From assembly GCA_044892505.1 (NCBI GenBank), contig CM097883.1, positions 314,650,001 to 314,714,000 of the forward strand: a DNA stretch of 64,000 nucleotides, written 5' to 3'. Made by a program: the position numbers and the translations under genes. Position 1 is the first letter of the stretch. Each line of letters begins with the position of its first letter. Under the pieces are notes generated by a model that searched no databases, was not told the origin of the DNA, and worked only from the letters and a program-made list of their open reading frames with translations. Shown in pieces: positions 39,690 through 51,583 of this stretch. This DNA is from Schmidtea nova (lineage: Eukaryota).

Positions 39690-40071
39690 TTATATGTTTA
39701 CAAATATTTTACTATATTTATTTACTAAATTAATTAAAAGTTAATCAAATTAATTAAAATTAATCAATACTTACATTGGACATTCAATACCATGTCAGGT
39801 ATAACTCCATTATTCACAATATTCTCATTATTAACAATCTCAGCTTGTACGGTAGTTTGTTCAGTCATATTTACATCACCTAAAGTAAAAGTTAAATAAT
39901 TTACTAAGTTAATGATCAAGTACCATTTTCTTCCGCATTTTCTAACATCGATTTCCCAATTGAATTATTGATATTACCTAAATTAATATTAAATAATAAT
40001 AAATTAAAAATAAATTTACCATTCTCTTTTCCACTTGGGTTTTCATTCATAAAACTTGTTATAATGTTCAT
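39690..40071 (-). CDS. Mirror copy of the small 4-exon gene
   Basis: Reverse complement of 42716-43097; ATG at 40071. Confidence 0.5.
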
Positions 40072-40589
40072 TTTTAATGTTTATTATTTGTTAAAGTGAA
40101 TAATGAATGAAAAAGTATTGTTTATATATCAAAGTTATTACACACACATAACCTTTGACCAATAAAAATCGAGTAAGGGGTAGGAAATTTATTCTTATTA
40201 GCCAATCAGAATCGAGTAAGAGACAGTAAAGGTATTATTATCATCAAATAGAGAAATGATAGAGAATTATGACTAATTTTATATTACGTTGCAGTATTTT
40301 AAAAAACTAGAAAAGTTATTTCAACAAATTATAATACACATCAAAGTTATAAAATATTTCAATGAATTGCATGCATGTCATATGATTAAAATATATTAGA
40401 CTAAATATTTCAGTAAATTACATCTAAATTATATTACATTTCAATAATTACGTCAGTTATAAAAAATATTTTAATTAATTTTGATAAAATACATTAGAAT
40501 TGTCAATAACACACACAAAACTTTTATAATTTTCATTAGTATAGAAATTAAATTATATCTACACATGATTACAATAAATATTCGATAAA

Positions 40590-41200
40590 TCTATGCTAAA
40601 TAGTCGAAAAAATCAGTATTTTATTACAAAACACGTGTGCATCACAAACATATCGATATACTTAATTTTTAATAAAGCTATTTTGTAGGCAATTAAAATT
40701 TATCTATATGTAATTACAATGAAAACTCACTAAAGTTATTTTAAATAACTAAAACTTACAGAATTAATTACAAAACACGTGTGTAACACGAAAAACGACA
40801 ACTTTAAGATTTTATAATCAAGCCATTTTATAGGAAATTAAATTTTACATATACTTTATTACAATGAAAACTCACTAAGGTTACTTTATATTGTTAAAAA
40901 TTTGAAAATTCAAAATAAAACACGTGTGCATCACAAAATACGACAAATTTCAGAATTCTAATAAAGCCATTTTGTAGACAATTAAATTTTATTTATATAA
41001 TATTACAATGAAAACTCAAAAAAGTTATTTTGTTTAGGTGAAATATACTAATTTAATGACAAAACACGTGTGCACAACAATATACACAACATTTTGAATT
41101 TTTAATTCAGCCATTTTGTAGACAATAAAATTCTGTCTATCTATTGTTTCAATAAAAACTCGATCGGGCCGGTTTATCGACTCGAAAAAGGCGTTTGAAG
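40590..41200. repeat. Four ~144-bp tandem units, each with a CACGTG palindrome (mirror at ~41590-42200)
   Basis: CACGTG at 40632, 40776, 40921 and 41065 (spacing 144, 145, 144). Confidence 0.8.
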
Positions 41201-41206
41201 TCTTGT

Positions 41207-41580
41207 AGTAGGAGGTAGTGAGCGGTCTGCCGCCCCCCATGTGTGAACTCATATACTTTTTATTAAATTTCAAATATAATTTCATATTTAAAAAAAATTA
41301 AAACAAAAAATTCATATAATTAAAAAAATAGTCCATTTAATTAAAACAAAAATTCACTTAATTTAAACAAAAAATCACTTGGTTTAAACAAAAAATTCAA
41401 TAAATTTTAAAAATATATGAAATTACGTAATTATATATGAAATTACGTAATTATCGGGTTTTATTTAGCACGCTTGATTACGTAATGATTATGTTGTTAT
41501 GTGTGCTATGTAAAGTCCGAGCGATTACGTAATATACACACATGTGGGTAGTGGATCTGGACCGGACACTACCTCCTACT
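41207..41580. mobile_element. 374-bp mini-element with Polinton-type ends at the palindrome centre
   Basis: AGTAGGAGGTAGTG at 41207 and CACTACCTCCTACT ending at 41580. The inner right end (tccggtccagatcc) resembles the outer terminus (tcaggtctggatcc). Confidence 0.6.
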
Positions 41581-42715
41581 ACAAGACTTCAAACGCCTTT
41601 TTCGAGTCGATAAACCGGCCCGATCGAGTTTTTATTGAAACAATAGATAGACAGAATTTTATTGTCTACAAAATGGCTGAATTAAAAATTCAAAATGTTG
41701 TGTATATTGTTGTGCACACGTGTTTTGTCATTAAATTAGTATATTTCACCTAAATAAAATAACTTTTTTGAGTTTTCATTGTAATATTATATAAATAAAA
41801 TTTAATTGTCTACAAAATGGCTTTATTAGAATTCTGAAATTTGTCGTATTTTGTGATGCACACGTGTTTTATTTTGAATTTTCAAATTTTTAACAATATA
41901 AAGTAACCTTAGTGAGTTTTCATTGTAATAAAGTATATGTAAAATTTAATTTCCTATAAAATGGCTTGATTATAAAATCTTAAAGTTGTCGTTTTTCGTG
42001 TTACACACGTGTTTTGTAATTAATTCTGTAAGTTTTAGTTATTTAAAATAACTTTAGTGAGTTTTCATTGTAATTACATATAGATAAATTTTAATTGCCT
42101 ACAAAATAGCTTTATTAAAAATTAAGTTTATCGATATGTTTGTGATGCACACGTGTTTTGTAATAAAATACTGATTTTTTCGACTATTTAGCATAGATTT
42201 ATCGAATATTTATTGTAATCATGTGTAGATATAATTTAATTTCTATACTAATGAAAATTATAAAAGTTTTGTGTGTGTTATTGACAATTCTAATGTATTT
42301 TATCAAAATTAATTAAAATATTTTTTATAACTGACGTAATTATTGAAATGTAATATAATTTAGATGTAATTTACTGAAATATTTAGTCTAATATATTTTA
42401 ATCATATGACATGCATGCAATTCATTGAAATATTTTATAACTTTGATGTGTATTATAATTTGTTGAAATAACTTTTCTAGTTTTTTAAAATACTGCAACG
42501 TAATATAAAATTAGTCATAATTCTCTATCATTTCTCTATTTGATGATAATAATACCTTTACTGTCTCTTACTCGATTCTGATTGGCTAATAAGAATAAAT
42601 TTCCTACCCCTTACTCGATTTTTATTGGTCAAAGGTTATGTGTGTGTAATAACTTTGATATATAAACAATACTTTTTCATTCATTATTCACTTTAACAAA
42701 TAATAAACATTAAAA

Positions 42716-43097
42716 ATGAACATTATAACAAGTTTTATGAATGAAAACCCAAGTGGAAAAGAGAATGGTAAATTTATTTTTAATTTATTATTATTTAATA
42801 TTAATTTAGGTAATATCAATAATTCAATTGGGAAATCGATGTTAGAAAATGCGGAAGAAAATGGTACTTGATCATTAACTTAGTAAATTATTTAACTTTT
42901 ACTTTAGGTGATGTAAATATGACTGAACAAACTACCGTACAAGCTGAGATTGTTAATAATGAGAATATTGTGAATAATGGAGTTATACCTGACATGGTAT
43001 TGAATGTCCAATGTAAGTATTGATTAATTTTAATTAATTTGATTAACTTTTAATTAATTTAGTAAATAAATATAGTAAAATATTTGTAAACATATAA
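42716..43097 (+). CDS. Candidate small 4-exon acidic/Asn-rich gene upstream of polB (81 aa)
   Basis: Exons 42716-42767, 42810-42863, 42908-43012 and 43063-43097; GT-AG introns of 42, 44 and 50 nt, all phase 1, frame preserved. Two CCAAT-type repeats and a TATA-like sequence upstream (42570-42665). The last exon is the least certain. Confidence 0.55.
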
Positions 43098-43388
43098 TTT
43101 GATAATATTTTGTAATAATTTAAATAATCTTTACTTTACGTAAACAGTTAATTTAAACAAATTCCTTTAATATTATTTTGTAATAATTTTTATATTAAAT
43201 TTAAATTATTTTAGTAATTATTATATTTAAATCATATTTATCTTAAATTTCATATTTATTTTCTAATAATTCATATTTTTATTAATTTATTTTAATGATT
43301 TTTTGATAAATTTAAAGATATTTCATATTAAGGTAAATTTTATACGAATTATTGTAAGTCGTCAAATCATAACGACTGCCACAAGTTA

Positions 43389-46300
43389 ATGGAGCGATAC
43401 TATCGTCTTATAAATAATCAAGTCACCTTCTATTTATGTCCCACATGTAAGAGCGCCCAACATATAAATTACATTGATTTTTATTTCCAACATTATCTCC
43501 ATTTAGATCAATTCTCATGTACTAAGAAAACTCTTTTCGCATTAATTAATAAAAGTAAACGACGAAATGTTACTGTTTGTCCTAAACCGGCTAAAGTAAT
43601 TGTAATATCCGATGATGAAGATGTCCATTCATCAAATGACGATGTTTTAGTTATTCCTAATTTACATGTTGTCCAATATGGTGGTTCTGTTGAACCTTTG
43701 GTTAAATATAATTTGAAAAAATCCCATGCCATTGTTAAAATGGATGTAGATTCTTTAAATTTAAATAAATAAATTATTCCTTCGCCTTTATTAAATAAAT
43801 TTAATTCAGTTATTTCCAAAATGGGGTATGTAAAAGTACAATTTTGTATTGATGTAGAATTTGAAAAGAATAAGCAATTTCAATCTTTTATAATATCAAA
43901 TTCCGCAAAACCAATGAGTGATACCTTTTTAGATGAAGGTATTGCTCTATTAAGCGAAAAAATGACTAAAGTCTGCGAAAATGGCAGCAATTGGTCAATA
44001 AATAAAATTAAAGAAATAAGCTTTAAACTTACAAAATATTCCCAAATAAGTAGATTGATCGGTAAAGGTTATTGTTCAACCCCTCCATCATTAAATGCAA
44101 AACATTGCACTGTCAATGTAAAGAATACAGATAACTTGTGTTTTATATATAGCATCTTGGCTATTTTAAAATACAAGGATGTGAAATCTAATAGAAGTAA
44201 GTCTTATACTTATAATCCCTTAGACCTTGTGTTTGATCCTTCTGATTTTCCAATGAAATTATGTAATATACCCAAATTTGAAGCGAAAACCCCGGGGTTG
44301 GCAATAAATATTCTTTCATATGACGAGTATGATCTAAATTATATTACTGAGGAGGAAGAAGTCATGAAACATCCATTTGTAGATATTATTCATAGGTCAA
44401 AGGTTGTAGGTGGCACTCCAATTAATTTGATTTTGTTAGAGGAAAGTGACTCTTTTCATTATATTGCAGTTACCAATATTAATAGACTTTTAAATTGTGA
44501 CACTCTTTCTGTTACTGATGTTCAAATAAGGTGCACGTGGTGCGAGCGTTGCTTGAATGGTTTTAGATTGACTGAAGCTTTTGAGAAACATCAGGCTTTA
44601 TGCACAAAAAATCAGTTAGGTACAACTTTATACACTTTACCTTCAGATAAGAACTTGGAATTTAAAGATTGGTCAAAGATTGTTACCCCTCCTTTCGTTG
44701 TATATGCCGATTTTGAGGCTGTTTTGCCGAAGGACGATAAGTATTTTCAACGTCACTTGCCTATTTCTGCTGGCTTGTTGCTTATTAATAACTTTACCGG
44801 CGAAAAATCGTATAAAAGCTTTTATGGTCTTAACTGTGTAGAAGAGTTTTTGACTGAAATCAATGATATAGGAGAAAAAGTAGTTTTACCTTACTTTATA
44901 AATAATTCCAAAAGGAAAATGGAATATCTTTCTTCTGCACAAATAAGATCATTTCGTAGTTCTACAATTTGTTATTTATGTAATAAACCTTTGAAAAATC
45001 CGGTTAAAGATCATGACCATTATACAGGTAAATACTTGGGTGCAGCTTGCTCTAAATGCAATTTTTCTCGGCAAATAAGATTCATTATGCCAGTCATATT
45101 TCATAATTTACGCGGATATGATTTGCATCATATTCTCAAGTATGGTTTAAATAAATTCGTTAAATGGGATATAAGTTGTATTCCTACTACAAGTGAAAAG
45201 TTTTTGACTTTATATGCAAGAGTCGATAGTTTGACTATTAAATTTATCGATTCTTGCCAATTTGTAAGCTGTAGCTTAAACGATGCTGTAAAGACTTTAA
45301 CAGATTTTCGTCTTACTTCATCCGACTTTTTAGGGACTATTATTACATCCAAAGGCATATTCCCATATAATTTTGCAACTTCTTTAGAGGTTTTACAAAA
45401 TACATACGAGTTGCCACCGATTTGGGAAGGAGTTAAAATCGACGAGTATGAAAAAGCTCAACATATATGGGATGAATTTAATTGTGAAACATTGTTTGAT
45501 TATATGATGTTATACCTGAAATTGGATGTTTTCTTACTTGCCGACTTTTTTCAGCAATTTAGGGCAAAATCCATTGCACATAACCGACTTGAGCCTCTTA
45601 ATTTCTTGGGAATTCCAGGCATGTCATGGAATTCAGCTTTGATGACTTTGAAATCTCCTATCGAGTTGCTTCAAGATATGGAGATGTATAATTTTTTCGA
45701 AGGGGGGATCCGTGGTGGGTTAACATTTGTTAACATACACCATGTAATATCCTCCGACGACACTGAGCTTCTTTATATAGATATAAATAATTTATATGGG
45801 TGGGCTTTAAGCCAAAAACTACCTTATAAAGAATTTAAATGGGTAACTGATAGGGAAAAATGAAATAAAATAATTTATTACTGTGAATCTGCTGATTTAG
45901 AAGTATTAACATTTGGATTTACATTAGAAGTCGATTTAGAAATTCCTGATTCGATTCACGACAAGCTGGATGATTTGCCAGTTACCGCTGAAAAGATGTG
46001 TCCACCTGGCTCAAAGGTTGAGAAGTTGATGCTTACGCATTATCCCAAGAAGAACTATGTTCTTCATTGGAGACTTCTCAAACTTTTTCTTTCTCTTGGA
46101 GTAAAAATAACTCATGTCCATAGGGCAATTAAATTTAAACAAGCATGTATTTTTAAGGATTACATCGATACCAATACCAGACTTAGAGCAGAATCAAGTA
46201 ATGCTCTGGGTAAAAATTATTATAAATTATTAAATAATAGTCTCTACGGTAAAACCGTAGAGATTCTTAAAAAGCGCATAAATTTAAGATTATGTAATTC

Positions 46301-47096
46301 GGCTTCTAGGCTGATTACATATACTTCTAAGCCAACTTTTAAAAGGACTTTCGAAATTGACGGTGATTTGGTTGCCGTCTTGCTGAATCAGGAATCGGTG
46401 TGTTTGGATAGACCCAGCTACATTGGTCAAACTGTACTGGATCTATCTAAACTTAGAATGTACCAGCTGCAGTATGAAGAGTTACAAAAATATCGTAACG
46501 AATTCAACTGCGAAATTAACATCGTAGCTGGTGACACCGATTCGTTTTTTCTTGAGATTAGAAATTGTAAGCTTGATATTCTTTTACCGGCCATGATACG
46601 AGATAACTTACTTGACACTTCTAATTATGATCCGAATCACCCATTATATAGTAGGAACCTTGATTCTGTCATTGGCAAGTTCAAAGACAAGAATAAAGGG
46701 CTTAAATACGAGGAGTGGGTGTTTCTTAGACCTAAATGTTATAGTCTTTTAGGTGACGAGGAAACTAATAAAGCTAAGGGGGCAACATTAGCGGGTACTG
46801 ACATAAAGCATCAGTCGTACCTGGACTGTTTTAATAATAACCAAATATTTTCTGTTCCCCAAACGAGAATCACAAGTAAAAATCACCAACTTTTTACTAT
46901 TAAAAATGAAAAGACTGCACTGACAAACGCAGATGATAAAAGGAAATGGGTGTCGAAAAATAAAAGCTTGGCATATGGCCATTATATGGAAGGTGACTTG
47001 GTTATATTTCAACAAAACGATCCAAGAATCAATCCATATCACCAATTCCAAGATCAAACTGAAGAAGAAACAGTTTTATTAAATAAAATTTGTTGA
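43389..47096 (+). pseudogene. polB: Protein-primed family B DNA polymerase, right arm (in-frame stops at 43770 and 45861)
   Basis: Same motifs as the left arm; the three ORF-track pieces share one frame. Confidence 0.92.
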
Positions 47097-47607
47097 AGAA
47101 CTTTGTTTTTTAATTATTTAGTTATATATTGTACAGATTAGTTTCAGTCTGTTTTTATAATTTGGATAATAATTTTTAGAAACTATGGTTATGTCATATA
47201 AATAATAGTAATATTAATAAAAATAAATAATTATTTTAATATTTATCGTATTTGATTAACTAATTTTATGTTGTGCAGAATTGTCTCATTTTGATATATG
47301 CTTATAATATTTTGATGAGTGCTTTCATTGAACGTTTATCATTGAAGGTGTTGAAAAATAATAAGAACAATAATAAATTATATTAACAAAAGTAAATTAA
47401 TAATATTTTAAAAAAAATAAATAACTAATTAAAATAAATTAATAAAAAAAAATTATTTAAATAAAAAAAAAGAAATAATTTAATAATAAAATAAAAATAA
47501 TAAAAAAAAAATCCAAACATTTAAACAAAACACACTTAAAAAATGGCGCCAAAAAACGCGCGATAACTCATACGGATACAGACCTGACACATCCTCCTAC
47601 TATATTG

Positions 47608-48190
47608 ATACTAACACACAGCTCAAGGCGACTTCAACTACTGATTTAGATAAGAATTACTATAAACTTTAAAATAACAGTCTCTACATCTAAATCCGCA
47701 GAGAATCTAAAAAAGAGATTAAATTCGAAACTATGTAATTCAGCGTCAAAACTGATTAAATAAATTTCAAAGCCTATTTTTTTAAAAAACCAATAAAATT
47801 GATGATGACATAATTTCTATCTTACTTAATAAGGATTCTATGTGTTTAGATAGACTCAGTTACCCAGTAAAACAATACTGAATCTATCTGAAATTAAAAT
47901 TTATCAGCTCCAGTATGAAGAGTTACAAAAATATCATAATTAATTCAACTGTGAGATTAATTTAGCTGCTGGTAATACTGACTTTTTTTCTTAGAGTTGA
48001 AAAAATGTAAATTGGAAAAAACTTTGAGAGCTATGGTTAGGAATTTTCTTTAAAATACCTCGAACTATGACCCAAGTCATCTCATGTATTATAGAAACCT
48101 TGATTCTGCCACTGATAAGTCGAAAGTCGAGAAAAGGTCTTATATACAAGAAGTGGGTGCATTCATAGCCAAACTAGTATAGTTTATTAG
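47608..48190 (+). pseudogene. Old decayed pPolB, 3' part
   Basis: IDTNTQLKATSTTDLDKNYYKL*NNSL resumes exactly where 35186 stopped; AAGNTDFFFLE and NYDPSH follow. Confidence 0.85.
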
Positions 48191-49299
48191 GGGTGTGGGA
48201 GGATACGTTTTTAAAAACAATATCTTTATTTTCAAAATTTAAAATATTCATTTAAATTATAAAGTAATTTATGAATATTAAAATATTTTAATAAGATGTT
48301 TAAACTAAAAATGTTAAAATTTTAAAATAGCATTTTTAGAAAATAATTAAATTTGAAAATGTCGATTGGTCTTGAAAACGAAAATATTTGTTTAAATAAT
48401 GCAGAATTGTTTAAACAATTTTTGGATTAAATAATTTTAAAAAACGAATTACTTCTGATATTTCAAATAAATCTGAAGCTGATAATTTTATTGCAGCTAA
48501 CAAGGGGAGAAGGAGAGCATAGAAGCGAAGTATAAAATTAAGGGTACTAACCTCAAACATCAGTTTTACCTTTATTGCTACCTTAATAATTAAATAATTT
48601 CGATTGATCAATCGAGAATACTTAATAAAACTGCCAATTATTTACACATAAAAATACAAAAATTCCTTCAACTAATTTGGATGATAAAAGACTAGGGGTG
48701 GATAAAAATTTCCAAATTTTAGTTTCTGATTGGCATTTTTATTACGTAGCTTTATATATGCCGTTTATCTTTTATTGCTTCCAAATCTTTATATATATTA
48801 TCCTCCTCTGTTCTTTACACATTGTTGAAAGAAATGTAATGAACTTATGTAAATCAGCTTTCTGTGACAAGCTTCATTCAGAGCATTGATGATTGTATTG
48901 TTGATCTACCCGAACTTGAATTGATCGGTCCCGATGGAATGGAACTTGAAAATAAACAAAATTGCTGGAGTGCTGTAGGAGTAGTTTGTGAGATTATATT
49001 TGTCCGTGTTTATTTTTCAAAATCACACTTTTGTAAAATATTATACAAAACGTCCTTTACATTGATATTGTATACTCTATAAATTGCCTCTTCTATTTCT
49101 TCGATATCCATATATTGTATTTGTTCTCGTTATAGACATAATTTCTAATTTCCGATTTAGTTAATTTTACTTTTAGTATCTTTTGTCTTGTAGTTGATGA
49201 AAATTTGTAAAGTTGAATAATCATATAAATATTAAATATAAATTCCCATGTTTTTTGAAACTTTTTTTGGAATCCCTTATATACTCTAAATATAAATAA

Positions 49300-49321
49300 A
49301 TAAATAAATAAATATATATAA

Positions 49322-49376
<55 letters not shown>

Positions 49377-49603
49377 CATAATTATCTTTTTGTTTCACCT
49401 TTGATCTTTTTAATATTAATATTAATAATTCCCATAATGGTAAGACTATAGATCAAAATTTCATTAAATAAGTACACAATATTTCGGCACAGCCTTTATC
49501 AAATGTGTATTACGTGTATACACACTTGATAAAGACTGTCTCGAAATATTGTGTACTTATTTAAAGAAATTTTGATCTATAGTTCTACCATCATGGGAAT
49601 TAT

Positions 49604-49649
<46 letters not shown>

Positions 49650-49792
49650 CTAATTTCCGATTTAGTTAATTTTACTTTTAGTATCTTTTGTCTTATAGTT
49701 GATGAAAATTTGTCAAATTAAATAATCATATAAATATTAAATATAAATCCCCATATTTTTCAAAACCTTTTTTGAAATCCATTATATTATAA

Positions 49793-49866
<74 letters not shown>
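49300..49866. repeat. (TA)n microsatellite tracts (also at ~9541-9565 and ~11043-11075)
   Basis: Directly visible. Confidence 0.9.
49423..49606. repeat. Small fold-back of Penelope terminal (pLTR-like) sequence with two hammerhead-like motifs
   Basis: Arms ~49423-49510 and ~49518-49606 are homologous to 27490-27606. Flanked by (TA)n tracts and a direct duplication (49141-49372 and 49647-49866). Confidence 0.75.
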
Positions 49867-49874
<8 letters not shown>

Positions 49875-49931
49875 AAATAAAATGGCAATTTATTCATATA
49901 AATAAGAGAACACCATTTTTTAAAATATATT

Positions 49932-49974
49932 AATGCAATATATTTCGACAGCTTAGCTGTCATCATCAGGCTTT
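49932..49974 (-). ncRNA. Hammerhead-ribozyme-like motif downstream of the second Penelope ORF
   Basis: aaagc CTGATGA t GACAGC taa GCTGTC GAA ATATAT T gcatt: canonical core plus one extra nt and a perfect 6-bp stem II. Stem I is weak. Confidence 0.6.
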
Positions 49975-50129
49975 TCACAATCTCAATAAAATAAAAATTG
50001 ATCTTAATTATACGCTTAATAGTGATTACATAATTACATGTGCATAATCCAATAAAACTTTTATTTACCCTAATAAAATTAATTAAACACTCTCAAAATG
50101 CATGTAGATATTGCATTTTGTATATTTAT

Positions 50130-50743
50130 TTTAGGATTAAATGATTTTATCATCAAAGCCTCACAATTCACACGTTCATAATAATTTTTTTAAATCCCCT
50201 AGAAAGTATTTTGAAATTAGAAATATCAATGCTCTTCTTGCAAGTCTTATTATGCTCAATAATGTTACTCTTTCCGCTCTTTCTGGCATGTTCTTGAACT
50301 CGTGTACAGAGATGACGGGCAGTCTCTCCAATGTATGTGGCATTACACCCATTACAAGTAAAACGATATACGAGATCAGAACACAGACCAAATGGCGTCA
50401 CAGATTTATTACTGAACATGTCACGAACTTTGCAAGACTTAGAAATTATTTTAACATTAGTATTTCCAATATACTTTATAATAGATTTTTTAAAATTTAC
50501 AAATCCCTCAGAAAACGGTAAAACTATAACAGAACCAATGCAATCATTCAAGTTACTTTTATTTATTTCATTATTATTTTTGCAATCAACACCATCATTC
50601 ATTCCCATAACAACATCACCTGTTTCGATCAAAGGAGCACTATCAGATGTATTAAACGGATCAACACCAGGAGAAATCTTTTCATCAATCACATTCAACT
50701 TATTAATACACTTATCAACAGTTTCACTCACTATTCGTTGCAA
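50130..50743 (-). pseudogene. Penelope C-terminal GIY-YIG endonuclease fragment (second family)
   Basis: LVYRFTCNGCNATYIGETARHLCTRVQEH. Confidence 0.8.
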
Positions 50744-51583
50744 GAAACATTTTGAATATTGATAAACAATTATCTCAATTTTATTAGTATAAATGTAAAA
50801 AATGTAAAACTAAATTGTAAAAATTAAAATTAAAGTAGTTGAAAAAATAAATGACAAATTTTATCTGAATGATAATTTTAAGTGGTTTTAACATTTTTTA
50901 TTGGTAAAACTTACTAATCTAAAATAAAAATTATAAGTTAAACAATTGATGCAAAGAAATAGATTGATAAGATCTTAGGCTTTTCCATTGTGCAAATAGC
51001 AGCAAATCAAATTTAACAGATAAAATGTGAAAATTTAGTCCGTTCATAATTTTGACAAAAACTACTTACACTTGTCATTTGACAAAAATAAGGTGAAATA
51101 AATTTGCCAGCATTAATATGACATTATTTGTTTTATTTGTTCTATTCTTATTATTATCCTCCTCAAGAGTTTGGGAAACATTCCTTTATGATTCAATTAA
51201 TCACTATATTAAAACACCAGACAATAAAATAACGCTGTGCAAATCTATTCTCATAACAATTTGCACTAATTATGAAGTTGGATTATGTTTTGTTTTATAA
51301 ATTTTCATAAAAAAATTATTTTATGTTTAATTATGCATTAATAAATTATGCTTTGATTTTATTTTGAAAATTTTTTATTTTATCTTATAATGTTTTTCTT
51401 TATATCTTAAAAATACCTTTCAATGCTTAGTGTTGTTAAGTGGGAACATGCTTTAAATTTTATTGCAATAACATTGGTGAATGATTTTTGAAATGATAAG
51501 CATAATAAAATACTCAATGCATAGGAAACAAGAATTTCCACAAAAAATATTAAATATAAAAATTTAGGTCATTAAGGGTGTGT

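Larger units (their letters stand above)
35187..47601. mobile_element. Palindromic (fold-back) Polinton-derived element, 12.4 kb, pPolB-only
   Basis: Termini AGTAGGAGG...CCTCCTACT with 6-bp TSD ATATTG (35181-35186 and 47602-47607). Inverted arms 35187-41220 and 41567-47601 flank a 346-bp unique centre. Confidence 0.92.

Noticed and set aside
41034-41753. ORFs 41034..41285 and 41544..41753
   Set aside because: Short mirror-image ORFs across the tandem repeats and palindrome boundary, with different N-termini and no recognisable motif.
35187-47601. Assembly artefact explanation for the Polinton palindrome
   Set aside because: The arms carry many substitutions and private stops, and a perfect 6-bp TSD rejoins the interrupted polB.
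48677-49082. Short ORFs 48677..48889 and 48864..49082
   Set aside because: Non-ATG starts, no motif and no consistent splice structure found.
49093-49978. YIYIYI-containing ORFs
   Set aside because: Translations of (TA)n microsatellites.
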